DNA of 64,000 nucleotides from Octopus vulgaris (lineage: Eukaryota): the NCBI GenBank assembly GCA_951406725.2, contig OX597821.1, positions 68,882,001-68,946,000 of the forward strand. Reading direction: 5' to 3'. Of the stretch, positions 12,932-26,676 are shown in pieces. The first letter of the stretch is position 1; each line of letters starts with the position of its first letter. Under the pieces are notes generated by a model, which did no database searches, was not told the DNA's origin, and worked only from the letters and a program-made list of their open reading frames with translations. The translations under genes were made by a program, and so were the position numbers.

Positions 12932-13340
12932 TACTCTTTACTCTTACTCTTTTACTTGTTTCAGTCATTTGACTGTGGCCATGCTGGAGCACCGCCTTTA
13001 GTCAAGCATATTGACCCCAGGACTTATTCTTTGTAAGCCTAGTACTTATTCTATTGGTCTCTTTTGCCAAACCGCTATGTTATGGGGATGTAAACACACC
13101 AGCATCGGTTGTCAAGCGATGTTGGGGGGGGGGGGGGACAAACATAGACACACAAACACACATATATATACATACAAGGGGTTTCTTTCAGTTTCCATCT
13201 ACCAAATCCACTCATAAGGCTTTGGTCGGCCCAAAGCTATAGTAGAAGACACTTGCCCAAGGTACCATGCAGTGGGACTGAACCAGGAACCATGTGGTCG
13301 GTAAGCAAGCTACTTACCACACAGCCACTCCTATGCCTAT
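12932..13340 (-). mobile_element. SINE family A, full length
   Basis: Reverse complement of the family consensus. Confidence 0.88.
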
Positions 13341-13795
13341 ATATAACAATATTCCTTTAATATATTTGTGTTTTAATAATAAATCCATATATACAGCAGT
13401 GACATCTATATAAACATATAAAACAGAGTGTTTCATGCAACAACACACACACATGTGAGTATATTCAGAAGCATATTCATCATGTCACACAATACACACA
13501 TTCATAAAAATACATACACCCATGTTTGAGTACACATCTACAAACACACCACATACATCAACTCTTTACCACAAACATAGTTTTCTCTAAAACTCTTAAT
13601 AAGTAATATTATGTTAAACTCTTTACAGCTGTTTCTGAGGTAGGTGTTCACTAGTTGTAGTTTTGCGCATTGTATTTACATAAGCATAAGGTACATTGGT
13701 GCAAGTTACTGTATATGAACAACATAAATCAATGAAAATTTTTTAATCACAAAACAAAAATAAAAAAATTAATAACAACCAACAAGAAAAATTAC

Positions 13796-13880
13796 CTTTG
13801 AGATTTAAAGACTGTAAAAACTTTAAATTTCCAATGGACTCTGGGATTTTCTTCAACTTGTTGCCTTCTAAATTTAAAAC
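13796..13880 (-). CDS. LRSAM1: LRSAM1 exon 6, LRR (VLNLEGNKLKKIPESIGNLKFLQSLNLK)
   Basis: 85 nt, tctag/gtaatt, phase 0-1. Confidence 0.93.
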
Positions 13881-14871
13881 CTAGAAGAGAGTGAGAAAGA
13901 AATATGATTTAGTAGATTATTTCAGAGCAAGACCAAATAAATAAATGAAATTCTATGCTCTATGGTGTGTTCAGGTCTGCCTCAAAGCAACAGAGTCAAC
14001 CATTATACAGCAGAAGTTCTTTTTCAGATTTTCTTTCAAGTTAGATTTCTATATAATGCTACCTTAGCTTTATGTATATGTAGCTTCAGGTGATGAGCTG
14101 GCAGAATCTATAGCATGCTGGGAAAAAATGCTTAGTGGCATTTTGTCCGTATTTATGTTCTGATTTCGAATTCTGCTGAGGTTGACTTTGTCTTTCAACC
14201 TTTCAGGGTTGATAAAATAAGTACCAGTTGAACATTGGGGTCGATGTAATTGGCTTAAGCCCTCTACTGTGCTTGCTGGCCTTGGGCCAAAATTTGAAGC
14301 TAATATGTGTAAGTAGCTTAATTTCTGCCTTTGTAATTAAGCAACTAAGTAAATGAAAAAAATTGCTGATTATATCAAGTTTCCTGATAATGAGGCCATT
14401 TTTCTAGCACTAACACACAAACCAATGCCAACTGCAGCCCCTTCCAGACTGTGCAGTATGGTATTAGCCTCAGCATTTGTATCTCACATTAAGACTAATT
14501 CATGAGCATATTTATTCTGCATCTGTTATTGTGAAGGCTGAATATCTGGAACTTCTTGATTTTGTGAGGGTAAATCCATATTCCTTGTATTCTACTGAGC
14601 TGCAGAGGACAGTTAAGAGAATAAAAAGAAAAGTGCAAGGTTGTCTCTTTGTAAAACATCAATAAGTAGATAGAAAATTCTGTGACCCCATCAGGTAAGT
14701 ACATTTTAGCTCAAGTGTTTTTGTAGAACATCACTACTGTATCTCCCATTTCTCAGAGGGTTCCGTAGGCTAGCCAAAATCTTTTGCACTTTATCTCTGG
14801 CTCTTTCACCTGAACACTAACCAAAAGCTTTGAAACTATGTTGGGGTGGCACCAACATGTGTACACTACAT

Positions 14872-15245
14872 TATCATCGTTTAACGTCCGCTTTCCGTGC
14901 TGGCATGGGTTGGATGGTTTGACTGATGACTGGTGAGCCAGAGGCTGCACCAGGTTCAATCTGATCTGGCAAAGTTTCTACAGCTTGATGCCCTTCCTAA
15001 TGTCAACCACTCTGAGAGTGTAGTGGGTGCTTTTACATGTCACCGGCATGAGGGCCAGTCAGGCAGTTCTGATAACAACCATGCTACCTGCATGGGATCC
15101 AGTTCAGCGGCACTGGCAATGACTACGCTCAAATGTTGTCTTTCATATGCCACTGACATATGTGCTGGTAAGGCAACGCTGGCAACGATCACACTTGAAT
15201 GGTGCTTTCCATGTGCCACCAGCATGGGAGCCAATCTGTGGTGCT
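14872..15245 (-). mobile_element. RTE 3'UTR/tail copy with repeated hairpin units
   Basis: Matches 48230-48660. Confidence 0.8.
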
Positions 15246-16177
15246 ATTTATAATGTACCTAGGAAAGAAAACATCACCAAGGGAAGATACAATAAACTTC
15301 TTAAAGTAGCAAACATCATTAGAAAAAAACAGAGGTGACTTTGCTGAGCAGTGCTGGACACATAAGGAGGAGTTACTAAGTCAAGAACTTCCAATGGACA
15401 CCTCAAAATAGTCATATATGCAATGACCAACTTGCAAAAATGTATGTCAATTAGTTTACATATGATACAGGATGTCACTGAGAAAAGCCACCATATGGCA
15501 TGGAAGACAAGAGATGGGTGGAGGATCAGAAGCATGAGAACGCAAGCAAGCTCAACCTGATCCCAGTGATGATTATTGTGTGTTACATAATTTTTTAGTA
15601 AAAACTACTTGCTAAATCTATGCCACCAGATGATTTAACCTGGATATCAACTAAAGCATAAATAATGTAAATGAGAAATGGCATGCATGGTCCTCATTTC
15701 ACTGGAGCTGTTGAAATCCAATTAGACTGAAATTGTCACCTGTATGTATTTGGACTAACACCAAAATTATTTTGGAACAATGCTGAATATACTCTCTTAC
15801 ACCTGAATACCAAACTATTTGAGTAAACCTTCTATATGATTTAGCTTGTGTGCATGACACAAATTTCTCAAATGGCACAATGCCAATTTTGTAAACCGAC
15901 CTTATGTGTTACAATAACACTATTATGATAAATACAGCTGCTCAAGAAGCTAGAAATACCAGCCAAATCTCTTTTTAATTATATCCTGCCATCTAATGAA
16001 CACATTAGATAAAGAAGTACTAGATATCTTTAAAAGGATGGGATGGTCACAGCTGAAATACTTTTTGATTATAGGTCTGTTCTGTTACAGTTCACCTGGG
16101 GCTTAACAGCAACATAAAGAATATTATAATGTAATCATTCATATTCCTTAAAAGACAACAGCAACATTTCTATTTAC

Positions 16178-16246
16178 CTGTAAGCTGCGGACCTGGTCAA
16201 TATTTTCTGGTAGATGTTTGATAGAATTATTGTGTGCATCAAGTAC
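16178..16246 (-). CDS. LRSAM1: LRSAM1 exon 5, LRR (VLDAHNNSIKHLPENIDQVRSLQ)
   Basis: 69 nt, cccag/gtaaat, phase 0-0; one LRR unit. Confidence 0.92.
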
Positions 16247-16452
16247 CTGGGAGTAAATGGCAAAGAAGATAAACAATTAGATACACATATGATATATATA
16301 TGAACAATTCAAACATTCAAATCAATGATGGAACCTTTACATGGTCATTCAATCTGTTTGAAAAAGCAAAGAAATTCCCTCAAATCATATCCGGCTATCT
16401 ATTTTTTTAAAAAAAGGAAGAAAACTGAGAACATTGTAGTGAAGGATATATA

Positions 16453-16821
16453 TACCCTTTTACTCTTTTACTTGTTTCAGTCATTGACTGCGGCCATACT
16501 GGAGCACCGCCTTTAGTCAAGCAAATCAACCCCAGAACTTATTCTTCGTAAGTCTAGTACTTATTCTATCAGTCTCTTTTGCCGAACCGCTAAGTTACGG
16601 GGACGTAAACACACCAGCATTGGTTGTCAAGCGATGTTGGAGGGACAAACATAGATACACACATACATATATATACATATATACGACAGGCTTCTTTCAG
16701 TTTCTGCCTACCAAATCCACTCACAAGGCTTTGGTCAGCCCGAGGCTATAGTAGAAGACACTTGCCCGGAACCATGTGGTTGGTAAGCAAGCTACTTACC
16801 ACACAGCCACTCCTGCGCCTA
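16453..16821 (-). mobile_element. SINE family A
   Basis: Family consensus with a short internal deletion. Confidence 0.88.
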
Positions 16822-18039
16822 TGTATAAATGTATAAAATAGATGGTTATTGTTAGAATATTTTTGACCATAGATCCACTTGATCAGGACTGACTCGGGGC
16901 TAAACAACAACAATTTAAACATAGCTCTTCACTTAAACATGCTTGGCTAAATCCATAATTTCTGAGAGCTTGTCATGTTAGCGAAAGAAAGGGATGTACA
17001 ATTTTTCCCTTCAGAATGCAGAGTAGTTCTTGTGGAATGTTAGAGAATTAGTTACGAGTGAATGAGCATTAAGGAAATAGATCTCTCTATTTGTGTGTCA
17101 GGATGTTGACAGAAGTAAAGTGTTGAGTGAAAGATCACATGAGAGCCAGCATCACTACATAATGTTATGGATGATGGCAGGAGAGAATCATCATCATCAT
17201 CATTTGATGTCTGCTTTCCCTGTTGGCATGGGTTGAACAGTTTGACAAGATCTGGTGAGCCACAGGGCCATGTCAAGCTTCAATGAAAGCTCTGGCATGT
17301 TTTCTACAGTTGGATACCCTTCCCAATGTCGACCACCCTACAATGTGTATACTGGGTGCTTTGTTTTTATGCCACCAGCACAAGTGGGATCACTAAGTTG
17401 CAAAACAATAAAAGAATAGAAAAGGAAAAAAGATCTTATGATTTAAGTGAGGAAGGAGTATTAGAAATGGGGAAGGGGCTGAATGTCAGGTTTGAGAGAC
17501 TAAAATATAATAGAGGGACACACAGAGGTATCTTGCTATACAAGAGATACATGGCTACACCACATCATATAAGGCTGAGTAATGGTAAGTGTAGTAGAAG
17601 TGTGTTGGATATCTATCCAGTCATACTGCTTGCACAGATTCCCATGACTCTCTGTTGTGATTCATCCAATTTTATTATTTGAATTGGGAGCTTGAGTCAC
17701 AATGAGTCTTTCATTAGCTGATTACACAACCATGGATGCCACCCCTATATATGCACTGCAGTTATTATCTTGATAGAGCTTGGTCTTCTAGGATTCCTCT
17801 GCTCAGCATCAATATAAGAATGAATCAGTTTATCTCTTTCACTGCCTCTTCACAATCTACAGTGCTGCAGTCCCATGACTTCACTGTACCCTTGGCAGGA
17901 TAGCTGAATGAGTGCTATGTTATACCAAAGGGCAGCCTATAAGTATGTAGGACATGGTTGTGACTCTGGTGGGTATTTTCAAAGTACCCACGTTGGATAT
18001 TAAATAGATGCAATGTGTAGGTGTGTTTTTTATTTTTAT

Positions 18040-18320
18040 CGGATGGTGCACGTAAAAAGCACCATCCGATCGTGGCTGTTGCCAGCCTCGCCTGGCCCCC
18101 GTGCCGGTGGCACATAAAAAGCACCATCCGATCGTGGCCGTTTGCCAGCCTTGTCTGGCACATAAAAAGCACCCACTACACTCACGGAGTGGTTGGCGTT
18201 AGGAAGGGCATCCAGCCGCAGAAACATTGCCAGATCAGACTGGGCCTAGTTGCTGCCTTCTGGCTTCCCAGACCCCAGTTGAACCGTCCAACCCATGCTA
18301 GCATGGAAAGCGGATGCTAA

Positions 18321-18366
<46 letters not shown>
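18040..18366 (+). mobile_element. RTE 3'UTR/tail copy with long (GAT)n; shorter copy at 18706-18850
   Basis: Reverse complement of 48213-48480. Confidence 0.85.
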
Positions 18367-18370
<4 letters not shown>

Positions 18371-18976
18371 ATTTCCCTGAGCCCTATTTCAATGTGCTTC
18401 CTGTACATGTATTTGACAAGCTGTTTTTACTCAAGGAATGGTGGAAATCCTTGACATTTCTAACCAACAATCAAAGTCATGTAACTTTCCATCACTTTGT
18501 GCCAAGTTATGGGAAGTTAGAGTATGAATACAGGGTCAGAAATAGGTGTCATGGAGTAAAGGAGATACATGGTTATATCTTTTAATATTATTTTTAGTAG
18601 TAGTACAATACGGTTTTCTTAAGCTACAAACTATATCACAAGTATTGTACACTAAAAATTAATTGATATGGATTATGAATTTCAAGAATTGCAAGTTATT
18701 AAAACTGGCGTTAGGAAGGGCATCCAGCCGTAGAAACACTGCCAGATTTGACTGGGCCTGATGAAGCCTTCTGGCTTCACAGACCCCAGTAGAACCGTCC
18801 AACCCATGCTAGCATGGAAAACGGACGCTAAACGATGATGATGATGATGAAAATGTGAAGGTATAGAAATTCAGTTGGATTCACAGAAACTCTAGGCCAA
18901 GAGCTACAGTACACATACACTCTCTCTCTCTCTCACCACATACATTATAAACAAAAGATATGAAAGTATGACTTAC

Positions 18977-19054
18977 CCGAATTTTTACCAAATCACTCAT
19001 TCCACAATCACCAGCTTTTAGAGACGTTAACCAATTATCATGAAGCAACAAAAT
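18977..19054 (-). CDS. LRSAM1: LRSAM1 exon 4, LRR (ILLLHDNWLTSLKAGDCGMSDLVKIR)
   Basis: 78 nt, ttcag/gtaagt, phase 0-0; LxLxxNxL motif. Confidence 0.92.
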
Positions 19055-20156
19055 CTGAAGTGATAAAAATATTCTTTTAGAAAGTAAAAACAAAAAAAAA
19101 TCTAAATACAACTTGGGAAATGCATCAATACAATAAAGTTTTTTTTTTCATTCAATCTATAACTGACACTCAAAGCAAGATAATGAGGGAAGTTCAATGC
19201 ATGAAATAGCAGCCAAGTCTCCTGCAAATTACACTCTACTATGCAAACAAAAAAGGGAGGACACATTGAACAGTAGTTTTGATAGCACTGTGGAATGGTC
19301 AGAGGCAGAATGTCTCTAATCATACATCAACTAAATCAGGGCTGACAAAAGATTAAAACAACAACTAAATCCAAATTGACATATTCTAATGATTACTTAA
19401 GCTCTGCCTCAGTATTGAACCTCTGGCTATTGAAGGAAAGTCGACCTTGCAGCTTTTTCTCAGATTTTGCTACATCATGTCATATGCTTCCCTAAGGGGA
19501 ATGCCTTACCCTCCCAGGTCTTGTCGATTTTTTGCAACCTTATATTTTTCTAAGTAGCGGTGTTGGCCCTATGCAAACCCACTTTTGGTGGTCCATAGTG
19601 GTTTGGCCTACATTCTTTAACCTGTCCAGCATGGGAAGCCCTACCAAGATCTTGCCCTCTGCTAGTATAGCTCTCATGAAGGACATGCCACCACAACCAC
19701 AACAAAGATGTTCGCTGGGAATGTAAACATGATGACATTGGGGTTTTTTTTGTGGCTCAGATGGTATCTTGAGAAAGAGCAGGAATGACAACTTCCTGCA
19801 CACTCACAAATACACAGACACACACACATATAAATAACAGGCTTCCATACAGTTTTTATCTATGAATCCCACTCACAAGGCATCAGTTGGTCCAAAGCTT
19901 TTGTAGAAGACAACAACCCAAAGTGCTATTCAGTCTAACTGAACATGAGTCTTAGACATTTATCTTCCACTTGTTTCAGTCATTGAACTATGGCCATGCT
20001 GGAGCATTGCCCTAAAGGTTTTAGTTCAGTAGTTCTCAACCACTTTTTTGCCGATAGACCCACTCCCCCCGATCCTTATTTTACTCAGCAGGACTTCCAA
20101 AATCATTTGATGTATATAGAAAAAAATCCGACTGTATGTTTATAATTAAATATAAC

Positions 20157-20529
20157 TCATTTACTCTTTTATGTGTTTCAGTCATTTGACTGTGGCCATG
20201 CTGGAGCACTGCCTTGAAGGGTTTTAGTTGAACAAATCAACCACAGAACTTATTTTTTAAGCCTAGTACTTATTCTTTCAGTCTCTTTTGCTGAACTGCT
20301 AAATTACAGGGACATAAACACACCAACACCAGTTGTCAAGCAGTTATAGGAGAGGGACAAATACAGACACATAATGACAGGCTTCTTTCAGTTTTCGTCT
20401 ACCAAAAGCTTTGGTTGGCTCAAGGCTATAGTAGAAGGCACTTGCCTGAGGTACCACACAGTGGGACTGAACTTGGAACCATGTGGTTGGGAAGCAAGTT
20501 TCTTACCACACAGCCACGCCTGCACCTAT
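20157..20529 (-). mobile_element. SINE family A (adjacent degenerate copies about 19800-20030 and 20640-20948)
   Basis: Family consensus. Confidence 0.8.
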
Positions 20530-21119
20530 TATTAGGAATTGCATAAAAAGTCATATATTGTAGAATTATTACCAATTTATTGCACATAAATTTTAACAAC
20601 AACATCATATGTGGACCTTGATTGAGAATCACTACACTCCCAGTACTTATTTGAAGTTTGGCACTTATTCTATCAGTCTCTTTTGCTGAACTGCTAAGTT
20701 ACAGGGACATAAAAGGAAACCAGTTATTAAGTGATGATGGAGGATAAACAAACAGACACACACACACACATATATATATATGATGAGCTTCCACATAGTT
20801 TCCATCAGCCAAAATCACTTGCTGGGCATTGGTTGATCCAGTGCTATAGTAGAAGACACTAGCCCGTGGTGCTGCACAGAAGGGCTGAACCCAAAATTAT
20901 ATAGTGGCAAAGCAAGCGTCTTAACCACACAGCCATGCCTGTACCTATATTAAAAGGGTTGAGAAAGGACAGTAAAAAGGACACATTGGACAATGTGTCC
21001 TAGATACACATAGCCTAAAAATTCTATCTGTTTCATATTCAAACCAACCAGATCCATGTCATTCTAAAAATAAACAATCACACTGTGGAAATCACAAAGC
21101 TATGAGACAATGCATGTGT

Positions 21120-21640
21120 CTAACACACGTGGGCATGTCTACAAAGTCAGAAAACAGCACAGCTCCCATGACTCAGAGACACTTTTTCACATTCAGAGTT
21201 GCTGAAGCATGGAACAAACTACCTGCATCAGTTGTCAGTTGCCCAGACACTGCATCCTCTAAAATCTCCAAGCTTCCTGAAATTCACTCATGCTACACTT
21301 GATATCTCCACTCTATATGCATACACACGTGTATATCATGACTCATACTCTGTTCACTTTCCTGATTTTTGTATGTAATTCTATGTACTGTACCTCTACC
21401 TTTGATGAGTGTAGCGCACCTGAGCACTATATTGTTTTATTTGTTTCAGTCATTTGACTGTGGCCATGCTGGTGTACTGCCTTTAGTCGAGCAAATTGAC
21501 CCCAGGACTTATTCTTTGTAAGCCTAGTACCTATTCTATTGGTTTCTCTTGCTGAACCACTAAGTGACAGGGACATAAGCACACCAGCATCAGTTGTCAA
21601 GCGATGTTGGGGGTACAAACACAGATACACAAACATATAC

Positions 21641-21671
<31 letters not shown>

Positions 21672-21856
21672 CGGGCTTCTTTCAGTTTCCGTCTACCAAA
21701 TCCACTCACAAGACTTTGGTCAGCCTGAGGCTATAGTAGAAGACACTTGCCCAAGGTGCCACACAGTGGGACTGAACCTGGAACCATGTGGTTGGTAAGC
21801 AAGCTACTTACCACACAGCCACTCCTGCGCCTATACACAGTAATTTCATTATTATA
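21120..21856 (+). mobile_element. CR1-type LINE 3' end interrupted by a family A SINE (21431-21833, minus)
   Basis: TRGHVYKV...FFTFRVAEAWNKLPASVV is the CR1 ORF2 C-terminal motif; the 3'UTR matches 1835-1955 and resumes after the SINE. Confidence 0.8.
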
Positions 21857-22030
21857 TAATTAATTAAAAAGAATAGTAATAAATAAGTAATACGTTTGAC
21901 AGAGTAATCTGAATGCTGAAGGCCTAGTCATAGGTCAGCTGAAACAGGGCTGATCTGAGCTAAACAGCAACAGCAAATATAGTAACAACTTTACTCAATA
22001 TTTCTTTAAGCTGATCAAATCATGTCTTAC

Positions 22031-22075
22031 CTCTTTGTTCAGGACTTTACAGAGAGAGAACACATTGGAAGGGAT
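22031..22075 (-). CDS. LRSAM1: LRSAM1 exon 3 (IPSNVFSLCKVLNKE)
   Basis: 45 nt, tccag/gtaaga, phase 0-0; aligns with IPFGAFATCKVLQKK. Confidence 0.92.
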
Positions 22076-22269
22076 CTGGAAATAGACATTATAAGAATCA
22101 GAATGGTGTTTTATTTTTATTATAATTATTATCATTGCTATTTTTTTTTCTTTTACACTAGGCAGCAGGCCTGAAATTCTTGGGAAGAAGGCCAGTCGAT
22201 TAGATCGACCCCAGTATGAAACTGGTACTTAATTTATCGATCGTGAAAGGAATGAAAAGCAAAGTTGGA

Positions 22270-22635
22270 TGGTGAGGAGAAGGAGAAAGAAGGGGAAAGG
22301 GGGAAGAGGGGAGAAAGAAGTGGAGGAAGAAGGGGAGGAAGAGTGGAGGAGGTTGAAAAACTGGGGACAAAGAAGAAAAAGAGGAGAGGATGAAAAGGAG
22401 GGGACAAAACAGAAGAGGAGGAGATGAAAAAGAAGGGGGAACATAGAAGAGGGGAGAAAGAAGGAGGGGAACGAAGAAGACGAGGTAGTGATGTAGAAGA
22501 GGACAAAGAAAAGGAGGAGATATAGAAGAGGAGGAGGGAATGAAGAAAAGAAGGAAGGAGAAAGAGGGGAGGCAAAAGAGGAGACGAAGAGGAGGGAATT
22601 AAAAAGATAAGGAAGGAGAAAGAAGGGGAGGAGTA
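22270..22635. repeat. Polypurine (GA-rich) low-complexity tract; similar at 36755-37030 and 53880-54010
   Basis: Composition. Confidence 0.9.
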
Positions 22636-23439
22636 ACCATTGTTGCTGTCACATTTTTTCTATCATCATTACTGTTATCCCTATTGTCACTACCAACATA
22701 TTTGCACATAATCTTCATCATCATCATAACTATACTCATCACCATTATCTTCAAAGTCATAGTTACCACTGCCACCATCACCATCATCACTGTCCTTATT
22801 AATATCACCCATCATCAGATAATGTTTATTTCTGTTCACATTGATTTTTTTTTTTTATGCTACTGAATTCCTGCTAGTATTAATAGTCACCATAGCAACC
22901 AACTGTAACATGAAATGTCATTATAACAGCCTAGGCCACTGCAACAAAAACAACAACAGTACAAACTTTTTGCCTGTAAACTCAAAGTGACATTAATAAC
23001 TGGACAATTGTCAGTAATGAAGTTATCATCATCATCACTATTTCAGTGGTGCCAGATAATGTGTTTACTATATTCATCAGTTCACTTATTATTATTTTCC
23101 CAACATCTGACACCTCTGTATGCCTTAAGAAATATTAGAACATTGCCTTACACATTTTTACATTATTGGTTAATATTGTTGTGTAGACCCACTTGAAATC
23201 ATCAGTGGTTTTCAGTTGGTGCCTCATGGTGCATTAGTGTGCCACAAGGGGTATATAGGTATAATTTAGATTTTTAAAAACATCATTTAAGGCTTTGGAA
23301 AAATCTGTACTTGAATGTCTTGAAAAATATAATATTCATAATTTTGTTACATGCAAGTATCTTTTATCTTTTACTTGTTTCAGTCATTAAACTGTGGCCA
23401 TGGTGGGTAGTTATTGCCTCCGTGAGGCCCAACATTCCT

Positions 23440-23720
23440 TTTGATTGTTGGGCCTCATGGAGGCAATAGCCAAGACCTTCGGCATTATGTCATGTTTGAG
23501 AAGACCCACAAAGCCAAGCAAAATCGCAGTCGTGGCAGATACCAGTATCATGCAAACTGGCACGTAAACACACCCATTACACTCTCGGAGTGGTTGGCAT
23601 TAGAAAGGGCATCCAACCGTAGAAAACCATGCCAAATCAGACTGAAGTCTGGTGCAGCTTTCCAGTGTGCCAGCCCAGTCAAACCGTCCAACCCATGCCA
23701 GCATGGACAACAGATGTTGG
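23440..23720 (+). mobile_element. RTE 3' fragment; an opposite-strand tail copy follows at 23752-23960
   Basis: Matches the RTE ORF end and 3'UTR. Confidence 0.75.
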
Positions 23721-25070
23721 GCAAAAGCCTCATGTTATTATCATTATCATATCATCATCATCGTTTAACATCCGTTTTCATTGCTAGCATGGGTTGGATG
23801 GTTTGATCGGGATCTGGGAAGCTAGGAGGCTGCAGCAGGCTCCAGTCTGATCTGGCAGTGTTTCTACAGCTGGATGCCCTTCCTAATGCCAAGCACTCTG
23901 AGAGTGTAGTGGTGCTTTTTATGTGCCAACGGCCACGGAAGTCACTCAAGGCGGCGCTGGCATATATATATATATATATATATACGGCAGACTTCTTTCA
24001 GTTTCCCTCTATCAAATCCACTCACAAGGCTATACTAGAAGACACTTGCCCAAGCTGGCATGCGGTGGGACTGAACCCAGAACCATGTGGTTGGAAAGAA
24101 AGCTTCTTAACCTCACAGTCACACCCGTGCCTATAATTAACAAAATAAAGATAAGCGATAGTTTTGAACATCTTTTCTAAATTTTGAATTTTAAAATAGT
24201 TTACTATAGGAAAAGTATCAATAGTTTTTGTTTGGTCTAAGGTATGTCATGTAGTCCAAAAAAAAAAAAAGTTGATGGAAAATGATTCATATCAAGTAAA
24301 TTTAGAGCACAAAGGTAACTGATCAGATAAATTGCTTTCTTCTGGCAGCAGATCTTAGTTTGTACAGCTACATGCGGTGATTTATCATATTAGAGATATG
24401 TGTGTGACAGTTTGAGCATTTTCCTTTCTCACTGTCAGTTATTTACTGGAGCAGAACAGTGGTTATTTTAGCAGGCAAAGTATTTTATGGAATTCAATGT
24501 GTTTCGACATAAATAGTAGCTTGTCATGGTACAGATTGTATCAAAGACAACAGAGTTTCAATGTTTGGTGCTGTTCCTATTCTTATGAATCATCATCATC
24601 ATCATTTAACATCTGTTTTCCATGCTAGCATGGGTTGGACAGTTCAATAGTAGCTGGTGAACCAGAGGACTACACCTAATTCCAATATCTGTTTTCGCCT
24701 GGTTTCTACAGTTGGATGAGTATCATAGACAGAAATATCACCGATGTAACAGGTCAAGAAATAGAAAGACAATACCATATTGGCTAGGATAGTGTGTATC
24801 GGATATAAGTGTTTACGTGGATGTAAGAAATATCAGAAAGCAATATCTTTTCTTTTATAAACATAACAATTTATTTGTTGATGGTAAATCACACACATGT
24901 GGTAGTAGAAAAAAAACAAAACAGTATTAAATATTAAAGTTAAACAAGGAGTTGTTGCTCAAGGTCACAAAATACAGATTAATTCTAAGTTAGTTAAATA
25001 TCAGCAATGACACAAGAAAAAGGGAATGACATTTTCAAGCAATAACGATAACAAGAAAATCTTCCTTTAC

Positions 25071-25124
25071 CTCACTAATTTGACTGTTGGAAATATCAAA
25101 GATAGGTTCTGGATTATCTTCTGC
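25071..25124 (-). CDS. LRSAM1: LRSAM1 exon 2 (AEDNPEPIFDISNSQISE)
   Basis: 54 nt, ag/gt flanked, phase 0-0; aligns with AKEAGADDILDISKCELSE of the human protein as recalled. Confidence 0.9.
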
Positions 25125-26012
25125 CTATGAAAAGAAGAGATTTGCAGGTTACAAACACCTATAAAAATTTAAATACATATACACACATTTTGATATTTAA
25201 CTTGACCAAGTATTACAGTGGGTGTAGTATCAGACTAAACACTTTACAGAATTTAGTCCCTTACTCCTATGTACTGAGTTCAAATCCTTTTGGAATCAAA
25301 TTTTGCTTTTCTGCACCCATGGCCAATAAAATAAGTACAAGATATTTTAGTACAGTGTCAGTCTAAGTAGAAATTTCAGGACTTATTTATGCCAGCATAA
25401 AAAAAATTGATATTGAGGAACAATCTTCCTTTCTTATAATTGTTTCTAATAATTCATACATCTTCCCCACCTGCTATTCTTGAGGGTGTCATGGAAGTAG
25501 ACTCCTTAGGCATCTCCGCTGTAGGGTCCTGTCAGAAGCAACTGTCATTAGACCTGGCTGGCTTCCAAAGCATGACCAACTGAGACGCTGGTTAGTATCC
25601 AAACACCTCATTCTTGATCTACCCTTATGTCTGTTGCTGGTTGGCTCACCTTGAAGAATCTGTCATACAATTCCTTCCCATGGCACTATAATCACTTGGC
25701 CACAGTATTGGAGCTATGACCTTTCAATGTGGAGCAATAGCAGCTTGCTCTAGAGAGACCTGCAGAGACTCTCTGATCTCCGAGCTTTGCAACTTGTCAA
25801 GTAATTTTGCTCTAGAGATCCTTTGGGAAAACCCCAATTCAGCCACTGGTCTTCATGATCATACTCTTTCAGACATTACCCAACGTTCATGACCATTAAT
25901 GAAGACAGGAACGAAAACCAAAACCATTTAATTCTATTAGTTAAATGAACATCACTGATAACAAGGTAAAAGGTCAAAGAAGTAAAGATAGCAAAGTGTC
26001 AAAAATACTCAC

Positions 26013-26216
26013 TAAATGCATCTGATATTCGAACCGCCGCTTTGCCTCATCACTTTGCTTCCGGAAGAAAGACATCTTTTTATCAGTTGGGGAAGGAAGA
26101 GAGGATTTCGATTGTTTCCGAGAACTGCTTGAAGCACCTGTGTCAGTATCAAGGTCACTATCTGATGAAGAATTTTGCAAACGATCTGGTGCACATTTAC
26201 TGCGTCTCTGGCCCAT
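26013..26216 (-). CDS. LRSAM1: LRSAM1 coding exon 1 (MGQRRSK...MSFFRKQSDEAKRRFEYQMHL)
   Basis: The C-terminal part resembles the vertebrate LRSAM1 N-terminus (FFRK...SEEARKRLEYQM). Donor gtgagt at 26012-26007. Upstream acceptor (tttacgcag) puts the exon start at 26231, with an in-frame TGA just before the ATG. Confidence 0.9.
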
Positions 26217-26676
26217 ACTCTTTCACAGCAACTGCGTAAAAGACATGTAAAAAATAAATACACTAATATAACATTGAGATACACTAAACTAATTACTCAA
26301 TGTAAATGATTGGCTTAAAAGAATGCCTTTGGTTAAAAAAAAAAAACCCCAAAACAACAAAACAATTAATGTATCTTGGGAACTGGATTTCTTTCATTTC
26401 TTTTAGTTGTTTCAGTCGTTGGACTGTGGCCATGCTGGAGCACCACCTTGAATAGTTTTGTCAAAAAAAAAAAAAAAAAGCCTAATACTTATGCTATCAG
26501 TCACATTTGCTGAACAGCTAAATTATAGGGATATAAACAAGCCAACAGCAAGTGTCAAGTGGTGGAGCAGTGAGAGGACAAACACACACATGGACATCTA
26601 TCTATCTATCTCTATATATATTATATATAACAAAGTAAAGTTGTAAGGTACTGCACGAGTGGGAATATATATGCAA

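Noticed and set aside
19500-19730. Possible RTE 5'UTR relic with an HDV-like ribozyme (also about 56590-56830)
   Set aside because: The resemblance is only impressionistic; I could not fold a double pseudoknot by eye.
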